DNA of 64,000 bases from Chrysomallon squamiferum (taxonomy: Eukaryota; Animalia; Mollusca). The stretch's first letter is position 1, and each line of letters starts with the position of its first letter. Shown one piece after another: positions 1 to 11,292 of the stretch. The DNA lies in contig CM022665.1 of assembly GCA_012295275.1 (NCBI GenBank), positions 27,900,001-27,964,000 of the forward strand, read 5' to 3'. Position numbers and translations under genes: made by a program. Under the pieces are notes generated by a model that had not been told where the DNA came from, made no database searches, and saw only the letters and a list, made by a program, of their open reading frames with translations.

Positions 1-452
1 ATATGTAATTTATAACAGTATCTTGAATCAGTAATTTTATCACAAACAAAACGTTTTTCACTCTCTCTTCCTCTCAAACGACACAAACACACACACATAT
101 GTATTAAGAATAATAATAGTGATTACGGTGTTGGTGATGACGATGACGATAATGATGGTGATAGAGTTAGTATATATTTTTACTATAATCCTTTTTATTT
201 CTTTTTACTTTTTCATTTTTATTTCTTTTTTATTTTATTTTATTTTTAAATTTGTATGAATTTGAACAATGAAACTCAGCTGTATCGACATACATAACAC
301 ACTGCACATAAATATATTTGAATTTAAATATCCATAATTTTACTTAAACAACATTAATACAACTATTTTGCCAATGTTTGCAAATATTTCTTAAAGTAAA
401 TAGATTTTACAGATATTTCAAACATTTTCAGATCACGCGTTTTTGTTTGCAG

Positions 453-649
453 AAAAACTTAAGTTCTGTGCCGAGCCGATAAACCTGGGTTTCTGTAATG
501 ATACTGACTTTAGCGAAGATTTCTCTGTTACAAACTGGTTCTACGACGCCAAAAAAGATGTGTGTAAACTGTTGCCGTATTTCGGTTGTGGAGGAAACAG
601 CAACAGATTTGTGAAAAAATCAGAGTGTGTTAAATTTTGTGTGAATTAA
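453..649 (+). CDS. Secreted Kunitz/BPTI single-domain protein 1, terminal coding exon (signal-peptide exon presumably upstream of window)
   Basis: Acceptor ttttgtttgcag ends 452; phase-1 exon encodes (E)KLKFCAEPINLGFCNDTDFSEDFSVTNWFYDAKKDVCKLLPYFGCGGNSNRFVKKSECVKFCVN-TAA. Six Cys spaced C-x8-C-x22-C-x7-C-x12-C-x3-C with WFY and GCGGNxNRF Kunitz motifs. Confidence 0.92.
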
Positions 650-907
650 AACTGTGTATTAAAACGTCAGTATATGTGTAATTTTGTTGCATTATCATCA
701 TCATCATCATCACGATGTTCATCATTATTATAATTATTAGCACAATCAGAGGAAAAGTAAATTACAAAGAATTCTATCAAACTGGTGCTCTGTGTCTATA
801 TGAAATGTTGTCAGCATAATTATTTTTAATTTGTATTTCAACTATTTACGGAAAATATAAAGTCCTATCAGTTTTGTGTATTGATTAAAAAAAAATAATA
901 ATAATAA

Positions 908-974
<67 letters not shown>

Positions 975-995
975 AATAAATAAATAAATAAACAA

Positions 996-1026
<31 letters not shown>

Positions 1027-1980
1027 GCAATTCCAGTTCAAGGGAGGTAACGTATCATAATCTGATGACGTAATTACTATGTGTACAGAATGTCAGAAGT
1101 AAAGTATTTTTTATATCAGAGATTGCTGTTACTAAAATGTTGGTGTATTTGAATTAAGATAATTTCTTCAAAATGCATTATCAATTTAGAGTAATAACAT
1201 AAAACTCTCAGAACTATTTCTCAGTTACGTATTAATATTTGATGATGAAATGTGCCTTGTGTTAGATATATTCATGCACATAAATTTCACTATAGAACAT
1301 ATTTTATGAAGATTTTCTTGGAGGTAAATGAAATGTAATACAGCAAGTGATAATATATTTTGCATATATTTTACTATTTATATGATACATTAATGAGCGA
1401 AACAGGAAGACAGAGGAATTAACTACACAGTCTGGGTAAGAAAATAAGATCATGGCGACATGTATGTATTTTTTTATAACAGAATAAGTAACTCATCATG
1501 ATTTGTAAAACATATTTTTAGTTAACGATATTGTAAAAGATAACGTAAGTTACTCTTACCAATCACTATTTGATTAAATATACTAATTAATATAAACGAG
1601 TGACTCTATATTAGGACAATATACATTTCTGTAATCATTTTGAAAATACAGTTTTAAATTCATAAAATCTTTTATCGCGCACTACATTGTGTCAGACCTG
1701 AAAATTCTGCACCCTACTCCATACGTGCATACAGCTTTATATTTAAAAACTGAAGAGGATAAAACAAAGCGTAGATAACTTGTAAAATCGGTTTCCTAAA
1801 CAACAAATCTCTACAACAGTAACTTTTACTTCTACAGTAACCCAGTACTATCTGTATCAATACTACTGTTACTACTATGTCTACAATAACTAATAATAAT
1901 ATTATTTCTACTGTTGTTACTGTTATTACTATTAGCATTACTACTTTCATAATAATATTACTACGACAATAATCACCACC

Positions 1981-2012
<32 letters not shown>

Positions 2013-2017
2013 CAACA

Positions 2018-2049
<32 letters not shown>

Positions 2050-2153
2050 TAATAATAAATGTTTGTTATTAATCGTTGTTATTAATTGGAATGAATATGT
2101 TCAGCTTTAAACATATTTACAAATATTAATATTTTTGATATTTCAGATTCATA

Positions 2154-2277
2154 ATGAAGGGGCTGGTTATATTTACTGTAATGATATTTGTTTCTATTTT
2201 AACTGCTACTGGTAAGCAATTTTAACATATTATCATTTTACTTTTTTTTTTTTTTTTTTTCTTTAAAATAATAACAA

Positions 2278-2309
<32 letters not shown>

Positions 2310-2671
2310 CGAATCTTGTGACAATTTTATTTTGAAGTTCTTACTCAGATTGTGTTTTTACTGTAATTATTGCTATTCAAAGAGCATCATCATTATTTAA
2401 AAAACATTATCATTACCATTATCATGGTTATTATTATTATTATAAAACAGGTAGACACGTACATAAGCGGTGTGATCTGCCTATACGACAAGGTTCCTGT
2501 CCTGATACGACCGAGGGACAGGCTTTAAGAGCGGTTCTAGCGTGGTACTACGACATGAGAATCAGAGGATGTAAACTTCTGCCTTTCTACGGATGCGGGG
2601 GAAACGCTAACAGATTCGCTTCGAAACATGAATGTACTGGAATGTGCGTTAGAAATAACTGGAATCCCTGA
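2154..2671 (+). CDS. Secreted Kunitz/BPTI protein 2 (exons 2154-2211, 2451-2671; 92 aa); absent from ORF track
   Basis: Exon 2154-2211 MKGLVIFTVMIFVSILTAT(G) with donor gtaagc at 2212; acceptor aaacag ends 2450; exon 2451-2671 GRHVHKRCDLPIRQGSCPDTTEGQALRAVLAWYYDMRIRGCKLLPFYGCGGNANRFASKHECTGMCVRNNWNP-TGA. Phases match (1/1); ATTAAA at 2688-2693. Confidence 0.92.
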
Positions 2672-3236
2672 AAGGAATTTCGTAATCATTAAAAATGTTG
2701 AATGAAGAAAATGTTTGTTTTGTTTACTGTTGCATGAAAATCAGAAATGCATAATCGCGCATATATAACTGAGAGTAAAACAAAGAAACAAATGAATAGG
2801 TAAATAAAGAAACCGGTTAAGACTGATTAATACATATGTTGTATGTCCGTGGATATGTGTGTTCGTTTGAGAGTGAAAACAGACAGACACAACGAAGTGA
2901 AATAGAGTGCGAGCACAGAAAATTAACTGTTTATTTGTATGTACGAGAATATAAATATATACATGTATAATATACTTTCTGGACTTAGTCATAGATCTGA
3001 AAACATGAGCTGTATAAACGACTTCGACGGAAATGTGGATTTTCTACGGTAGTTTATGTCGTAATATGAATATATTTCTTTTCATATGACCTAAATTATT
3101 ATCTGTATATATTGCTGACAATTTAACAGTATTCCTCACACTTATAACAGTTACTGCCAAACAGCAGTTTAAACACTTTTAAATAGCAAAAGAGGACGGA
3201 CATTTTTGTTTTTGAACTTTTTATTAACAATGTTCC

Positions 3237-3347
3237 TATTTATAAATTGTCCGTTGTGAACCAAAATTGGGGACGCTTCACACTGTGTGTAATTCACATG
3301 ATGACGTAAACAAACTGAAATCGCCGTGTAAACAGAAAAGCAGTAAG
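3237..3347 (+). promoter_or_regulatory. Candidate TATA box and non-coding leader exon of Kunitz gene 3
   Basis: tatttataaa at ~3237-3246, donor-like ca|gtaag at 3343; the coding exon begins at an acceptor (ends 3451) 7 nt before the ATG, so an upstream leader exon is implied. Confidence 0.45.
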
Positions 3348-3458
3348 ATAATATAATAGCATGATAAAAGTAAAACCATTTTAAAGGTCGAGAAATACAT
3401 ATATTAACAGTTTCATAACAAACGATGTAAATAACTCGGTAACAGTTTTAGATTCGTC

Positions 3459-3936
3459 ATGAAATTTGTGGTCCTGCTTTTCATGTTTATCTGCATTTCC
3501 AGACTTCCCAATAGAGTTAGAACAAGTAAGAAGCTTTGCATTTTAAACTAATAAAAAAAACTTTAAAAAAATACAACACTGAATAACCATAGAAATCTTT
3601 CTACTGAAACGTACCTTTATATGGAATTTTAGAGATCTTTTCTCATTTCTTTATCTGATTTAATTTTCCGATAAGTTATCATCATCATCATCATTGTTAT
3701 TCTTATTATTATTACTGTTATTATTAGGGACACCTCATGTCTGTTTCAAGCCAGTAGATCAAGGATTTTGCTCCGGTCCAACCGAAAACGATAATGGTGA
3801 ACTGCCGGAACTGAAATGGTTCTACAGTTCTAAAAACGATGAATGTGAAAAGATGCTCTATTTTGGTTGTGGCGGTAACGGCAACCGATTTTCTACCAGT
3901 GATGCTTGTTACGATCTCTGCGTCAATAAGAAATAA
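3459..3936 (+). CDS. Secreted Kunitz/BPTI protein 3 (exons 3459-3525, 3728-3936; 91 aa)
   Basis: Exon 3459-3525 MKFVVLLFMFICISRLPNRVRT(R), donor gtaaga at 3526; acceptor ttattag ends 3727; exon TPHVCFKPVDQGFCSGPTENDNGELPELKWFYSSKNDECEKMLYFGCGGNGNRFSTSDACYDLCVNKK-TAA; AATAAA at 3932-3937 overlaps the stop. Confidence 0.92.
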
Positions 3937-4872
3937 ACACTTTTGTTTCTTAATATTTTTGTTGTTTTTGCTTTGATGTGGACAGTATTTTAACACTACA
4001 AAGCATATAAACACAGTGACAATTCGTGAAACTGAAAATGCATTTTGTTTCAGAATGTAACACTGATTTTTAATCACTAAAAACACTATAAACACAATAA
4101 TAACAACAACAACAATAGTGAAGTCTATTTTAATGTGAAATATGTATTATTAGTAGTAGTTGTAGCAGCAGTGGCAACAGCAGTAGTGGTACTAATAGTA
4201 GTAGCTTCAGCAACAGTAGTAACAACAGCAGCAGTAGTGAAAGCAGTAGCACAAGTAGTAGTAGTAGTAATAGTAGTAGGAGGAGTAGCAGCAGCTGCAA
4301 TAGTAGCAGCAGAAAGTAAACATTTCCGCTGAATCTAATGTTGACGTTACAATATCATAAGCAAATAATTAAAAATAATTCAAGGACTTATTAAATTATG
4401 AAATCGGTTTGATAACCGCACTTTCTACATTTACAGGATTATTAATAAATGCATGAATAGACATATGGTATCAAAACACGAAATAATAACAAATTAGCTA
4501 TGTACAGTATTAAAATAAATAACAACAATAACAATAATATAAAATATATTTATTTCAGCTATAATTAAGCTATAATTAAACCTTAAATAAATAATTTGAA
4601 AAATGAATTGGAGCAGTTCGAATAAAACATTTATTATAATAATGTTGATTCCTACCTTAAAAAGGTACTTCACTCGTTTGATTTTTTGATCTTTTGATTT
4701 TTTTATTTAAAAATTCCACAACCAACAACTAAAATCGTGAAAGGTGTTACGTTCTTAATTCTATTAAGTCCTGAAAATGGAGGATGAACAACAATCTTTC
4801 GTTTCGTTTCGTTCTGTTCGCAGACGAAGGAGTTTATAATCTCGAACATTCTCGCTAGGCACGAGACTGGAA

Positions 4873-5058
4873 TATAAATTACGTCATATGTTTGTTTACA
4901 TCGTAATAGCTACATTGTTACTTTGAGTATAGCTAATTACTTATAACGAATGTATAAATTGCAGTAACAAATAGCTTATCAATTTTTGTTATTATAAAAC
5001 AGAAAACTTGAAAGGGTAATATAAAAAAAACAAAAAACAAAAACATCTAAAGGTGAGT
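4873..5058 (+). promoter_or_regulatory. Candidate TATA box(es) and non-coding leader exon of Kunitz gene 4
   Basis: TATAAA at 4873-4878 (another at ~4953); strong donor aag|gtgagt at 5053; acceptor ends 5258, 7 nt before ATG 5266. Confidence 0.5.
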
Positions 5059-5265
5059 ATAAATTGTATTTATATATAGTATGAACTGGCTTATTTTAAG
5101 AAATAGGTATTTATTTATTAGTGGAATAAGTATTTATTTGTAAATGTTATTTTTACATTTGTATTCTACTATTTATCTTTAATTCTTCATTTAATTGTTT
5201 TCTATTATTACTGATGTCAGACTAAAGTAACTATAATTTCAAATGTTCATTATTTCAGTTTCAAC

Positions 5266-6045
5266 ATGAAGATTCTGAGTCTGATTCTGTTACTAAGTTT
5301 ATTTTTCTGTTTTCCAAAGGTGCAAGCGATAGGTAAGAAAATTTATATTGTAATTACGAGTGTTGTTACTTCTACTACGTCTCCCACTTCTACTACTACC
5401 ACGTCAGTTAACATTACTGTTACTACTAATACTACTACTACTACTGCTAGTACTACTATTACCTGTTGCTACTACTGCTATCGTCTATCACTACTTTTAT
5501 TATCACTCTTACTGATGATCCCACACTTTTACTATTACTATTACTACTAATACTAATACTATTACAACTACAACTGCTTCTACTGTTACCACTACACTGC
5601 ACAACTCTTAAATGTATTCTAATTTGGGTTTAGACGTATGCATATGACTTTCATTGCTAGATATGTGTGTACGTATAATCTGTGAATATTCATATAGAAT
5701 TTAGGCACGTAAAATTTAATTTCTGCACGATTAATAATAATAATAACAACAACAACAAAGAACAACAACAGCAACAATAATAAATAAATAAATTAATTAA
5801 TTAATTAATAATACAGACAATAATATTTTGTTCTTTTGACAGGAAAGCGCTGCAACAAGCCAATAGATCAGGGTTTCTGTCCAGGTCGTAATGTCGACTT
5901 TGAGGATGATCCTGAACTCAGATGGTTTTACGACGCAGGGATAGACAAATGTAAACTGTTGGCTTATTTCAGGTGCGGAGGAAACGGAAACAGATTTGAT
6001 ACGGAGGAGGAATGTTACACGCTCTGTGTAAACACTGATATTTAA
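5266..6045 (+). CDS. Secreted Kunitz/BPTI protein 4 (exons 5266-5332, 5843-6045; 89 aa)
   Basis: Exon 5266-5332 MKILSLILLLSLFFCFPKVQAI(G) is a typical signal peptide, donor gtaaga at 5333; acceptor ttttgacag ends 5842; exon KRCNKPIDQGFCPGRNVDFEDDPELRWFYDAGIDKCKLLAYFRCGGNGNRFDTEEECYTLCVNTDI-TAA; AATAAA at 6074-6079. Confidence 0.93.
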
Positions 6046-6186
6046 TTTGTACCCAGTCCATTGTAAAACACAAAATAAAGCTTGTTAGTTAACATCATTT
6101 ATTGTTGTTTTTATTTTTACTGTTGTTCATGATATTATCTGTACTGTTATTGTTGTAGTTATCACTGTTAATGTTCGAAGTTACAG

Positions 6187-6218
<32 letters not shown>

Positions 6219-6718
6219 TGTAATATTTATACATTGTGAATACATACTTACAGATATAATTAAAATGACCGAACTTACATACACATATTTACACGTATAC
6301 AAAAATAGCACATACATATATACACGTACGCGCGCGCGCACACACACACACACATATATATTATTAATATTGTGATTGCTATTTTTCTACATCTTCAGTA
6401 CATTCTACATGATCCACATATACATACATACATACATATATATATATACTTTCTGGTTTGTATCATTTTAAACTGTACCAGGCGCGTAATATCATGTAGC
6501 ATAACAAACAGATGAACATCTAATCAAAAGACAATGTATATATCTCTAACGATACTGAAGCTAGGCTGGCGTGTATCGCTGGTTGCTGTTTTAACGGAGC
6601 CGGGTGTTGAACCAGTTCGTACTTCTCACATACGACTATTACAACAAACATACCTTGCCTCTGTCTTCTTTAAACCTACAGCCTATTTAATATAATATCA
6701 GTCGTATTTGTAGAACAA

Positions 6719-6726
6719 TATAAAAA
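6719..6726 (+). promoter_or_regulatory. Candidate TATA box of the GALNT gene
   Basis: TATAAAA ~155 nt upstream of ATG 6875, within a CpG-richer non-repetitive stretch (6540-6870). Confidence 0.4.
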
Positions 6727-6874
6727 GCTTACAGCTGTTGCCTCTTTGAATTTGATAAATCAATACATTAGAAAATACGGTTCACATGTAATCGATTCGC
6801 CGAACCGTCCACGAAGAAAGCAAAGTCCAGTTGTAAAGCAACGCCGCGTATGAAGACGATGTGCATGCTTGATA

Positions 6875-7021
6875 ATGTACACGTTTTTTCGGTGGAATGT
6901 TTTGTTAAAACTAGGAATATTAATCACGTGTTCACTTCTTCTTGGACCTTTTATTTTCAGTATTAGAGTTGTAGAAAAACAGTTCGATATTTCTAAACGA
7001 CTGGCGCACGATAAACTGCAG
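6875..7021 (+). CDS. GALNT7: GALNT exon 1: cytoplasmic tail and transmembrane anchor
   Basis: [49 protein letters not shown], in-frame upstream stop at 6851, donor cag|gtaaat (phase 0). Confidence 0.8.
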
Positions 7022-8790
7022 GTAAATTATATTTTATTGTGTCTTTTGCAGTTATGTTTCCCATATGCGTTTTACAGATGTTTATTTGTAATTTTATTAT
7101 AATAATGGAGTAAACGGAGATAGATACACAGAGACAGACAGAGATACTCCAATGAAAGTATATGGACGGATCAATGAACATAGACGTTTAATGTTGTAAC
7201 TAGACAGATAGGCATGTATGTATGTATGTAATTGAATATTCTCTGTTTTATGTACGTCTGATTAGACTCTGCACACAGACAATATTTGGGAACGCCCTGA
7301 CGCAGGAGCACAAAGTCCAATCAGGACCCACAAACCCGTCAGACGCCGCTGACGAGAGTCGAACTTATTTCATTTATTCGTCTGTACTCCGAATGTATAT
7401 GTATGTATGTAGTAGTATGTATGTATGTATGTATGTATGTGTGTGTGTGTATTTGTGTTTGTATTTGTGTGTGTGTGTGTGTGCGTGTGTTTTTGTGTGT
7501 GTGTGTGTGTGTGTGTTTGTGTGTTTGTATATATGTATTATGTATTATGTACTTACTTAGGTACGTACTTAAATATGTTTGTAACGTCCAAGCATTACAA
7601 AATCAAACTGTTATATATATATTTTTTATTATTATTTGTTATTCAAATTGTCCTAAAAGCGTCTTTTTATTAACCATCTGAACTTTACATTACAACAATT
7701 TGAAAATAACAAGACACAACACTCCTTGCGTGTAGCAGACGTCGACGTCGCAAATCCGGAAACAGATGTTATTAAAACTACTGACAACAGCGCAGTGTAC
7801 AGAGACAACGTCATCGGAAACTTCGAACAGCCTCACAACGAAAGACGTACTGGGCCAGGTTCGTTCATATTTTTTATTTTTTTTTTACTTTTTAATTGAA
7901 CTTGGTTATTTCTGTCAGTTACCATAGTAATAAGTACATTTTTATGGTAGGCTTGTCACGTTGTTTATCAGTTACAACACTATACTATTTAAAAAAAAAA
8001 AATTAAATTTAAGGTATAACAAAAAAATTAAAAATTGCACGAAATATCGATATTAGAGAAATAAACAGTAAGAAGAAGAAGAAGATATTTTATCATTAGA
8101 AAAAATATACAAAAAGAATACTCTATAAAGCTTGATTTATTTATTGATTTATTTATTTATATTTTTGTTGTTCTTGTTTCATTTAATTTCCACAAACTCA
8201 CTAATAATATTATTTTGAAAGCTCATATCCAAACACAGGGCTGCATAATCACATAAAACACAGAAATACAAAACTACCTTCAAAAACAGGTGCATATTAT
8301 ATGTATATTTACACACACACACACACACACACACACGTATGTCTGGGTCATGTGGTTGTTGTGCATGAGTGTGTATGTATACATGCACTTGAATATATGA
8401 ATATTTCATGTGTAACGTAACTACTACAGGAGAATATGGTAAAGCTGTTATAACTCCTGAAAAAGACGAACGTCTGGTTGAAGAGATAGACAGACAGTAC
8501 GGTTATAACTTGCTGGCCAGTGATAACATTTCACTAGACAGAGCCGTTCCCGATCTCCGCATGGATGAGTGAGTCTGTTTTTGATTCCCATCAGTTGCTT
8601 CAGAACATTTTTTAAACCTAAGTACACACTTGCACACATACATACACATGCACAGTACACACGTACACACCTACATAAATACACTTGGAAAAATGTTTGT
8701 AGATAAATACATTTTAATGTTAAATCTCATATCCATACTGAGATGGTTACGCGATGACGTATCGTAAAATACATATTCATATTTTAATAT

Positions 8791-8837
<47 letters not shown>

Positions 8838-8968
8838 TTATTATTGTTTTATTGTATTATCATCAACATTGTCATTACTATTATTATCATTGTTGTTGTT
8901 GTTGTTGCTGTTATCATCACCATCATCCATCATCATTATTATTGTTATTATATTATTATTATTATTAT

Positions 8969-9003
<35 letters not shown>

Positions 9004-11051
9004 TTGTCGTTGTCGTTGTCGTCGTCATCGTCATTTCGAACACAAAGCTCTGTTTTCAGATGTAAATTTTGGCATTATCCAGAAACATTGCCTGTTGCCA
9101 GCGTCATACTCGTGGTATTCAACGAAGGCTGGTCAACACTTCTCCGCACCATTCACAGCGTCATCAACACATCGCCAAAACATCTGCTTAAAGAAGTCCT
9201 CATCATCGACGACGTTAGTGACAAAGGTATGCAACACAGCTGATAAATAGATGTATGTGTGTAAGAGTATGTATTCATGTGTTTATGTATGAACATAAGC
9301 AAATATGTAGTCATAGATTTACGTGTTTAATATGTGGATTGAAGAATGTATGCATCTGAATTTGTCTAACTCTTTCCTTTTCTACTTTTTTTTCTTAAAA
9401 TAATTAGTTTTCAATCATACTTTGTTGTTACGTTGTTATTATAATTTATTTTGTAATCGCACAGAACATTTGAAAGCTAAACTGGAAGACTACATCAAAC
9501 GCTGGAACGGAAAAGTGAAGCTCTACAGAAATGAAAAAAGAAAAGGTTTGATTCAGTCTCGGACAGCGGGGGCCAGACTAGCCACTGGTGAGGTTGTCGT
9601 TTTTCTCGACGCCCACTGTGAATGTGGACCAAACTGGTTACCTCCACTACTGACAAGAATTGCATACAACAGGTTTGTAATTGTCTAAATATGGTTAATT
9701 TATATGTAAGGTAAGATGGGATAAAATTATGACCACCTTTTTTCGTTCAAAATCACTTACAGCTTCAAACACAGAAGGAAATAACAAAATGCGGTGAATA
9801 ATATGTAGTATACGTATTTCTGCTTCAGTATACACAAACAAGATATGCATAGTTCTGATATTTTTAAAATGGTAACCGGTTTAAAAATTGTTGTCAGAGG
9901 CAAGATTTTTTCCCCGTTGATAGCCAGAATTCCTCATAATTCACTTGAACAATTTGTGTCACAGTTCTCTGCAACATTCGCACACTACTTTTGCACGATT
10001 TTGAATTCTTCCTTGAAGGGAGTTTTGATCCTGGGTGCTTTGCAGTATTCCTCGTGACATATTCTGAATCTCCACGAAGTCAAAATATGAAGGCAACGCA
10101 CAGTTTCTTCTTCGATTTCTGTTGGTACCCAAGGGCAACATGAACCATGTGCGTCCTTGGTAACCTTCCCCTGGACGTGTGATTGAGAGTGGACCTCAAA
10201 GTGTTTAGCAGCATTTATTTCATCAGTTTTGTTTCAAATGCATTATTGACCTACAAGATATATCCGGTGGGAATTAGTGTGTTGCAATGTTAACTTTAAA
10301 CAGCTCAAAATGGACTATGACATTGTCAACACTATTGCTTGATAGGTGGCCATATGTATCCCATCCCTGACAGCCATCCCAAGTCACGCAGTAAACAAAA
10401 CATTTTTGTCATGGAAATGTATGCGTTAAGCATCTATAACAGTATTTTGGATTTGCTTAAAATAGACTTATTCATTGCAGGATTTATTTTCATTAACTGT
10501 TTTAATTTTTGTTGGAGTTATAATTTTAAAACGAACACACTTACTGGTATCTTATAAACTTATTAATGCATAATTAATTTCACGACTGTTGTAAAAGTTA
10601 ATCTTCTCGATTCTGTTTCAGTATTCACTGACAATTCTATAACACTACATTCTATGTTCAAACGTTTTTAAATTTCAGAACCATTGTTGCTGTTCCAATC
10701 ATTGATTATATTAACTGGAAAACATTTAGCATCAAAAGTGTGTACCGTAGTTACAATAATCGGGGGCTGTTTGAGTGGGGGTTCTTCTACAAAGAGGGTG
10801 TGGTGCCTCCGGATGAATTAAGCAGACGAAAATACGACAGTGAACCTTACCGGTAAATTCAATATATAAAATATTATCGTGCCAGTTAAACACAAAATGA
10901 TATTAAAAATAATTGTTAACCGACTGTGTCTTGAATGTATATTTATGTGCTTGTGTGTGTGTATGAATGTATGTATGTATGTATGTATGTATATGTGTGT
11001 GTATGTGTGTGTGTGTATGTTTGTATGTATGTATGTATATATGTGTTTATA

Positions 11052-11082
<31 letters not shown>

Positions 11083-11227
11083 ATATGTGTGTATGTGTGT
11101 GTATGTGTGTGTATGTGTGTATATGTGTGTGTGTGCATGTGTATATACACATACTGTGAACGAAAAGCTTTATCTCTCTCTTACTTCTCTGTCGCTGTAT
11201 CTCTTGCTGATTTTTTTTCTCTCTTTT

Positions 11228-11292
<65 letters not shown>

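Noticed and set aside
269-340. ATG AAA CTC... as the signal exon of Kunitz-1
   Set aside because: It is not hydrophobic, has no phase-1 donor and ends in a stop; the true exon probably lies before the window.
5333-5550. Thr-rich mucin-like extension of ORF 5266-5550 as a GALNT substrate
   Set aside because: It is read-through into an (ACT)n microsatellite intron after a consensus donor; splicing to 5843 gives the Kunitz protein.
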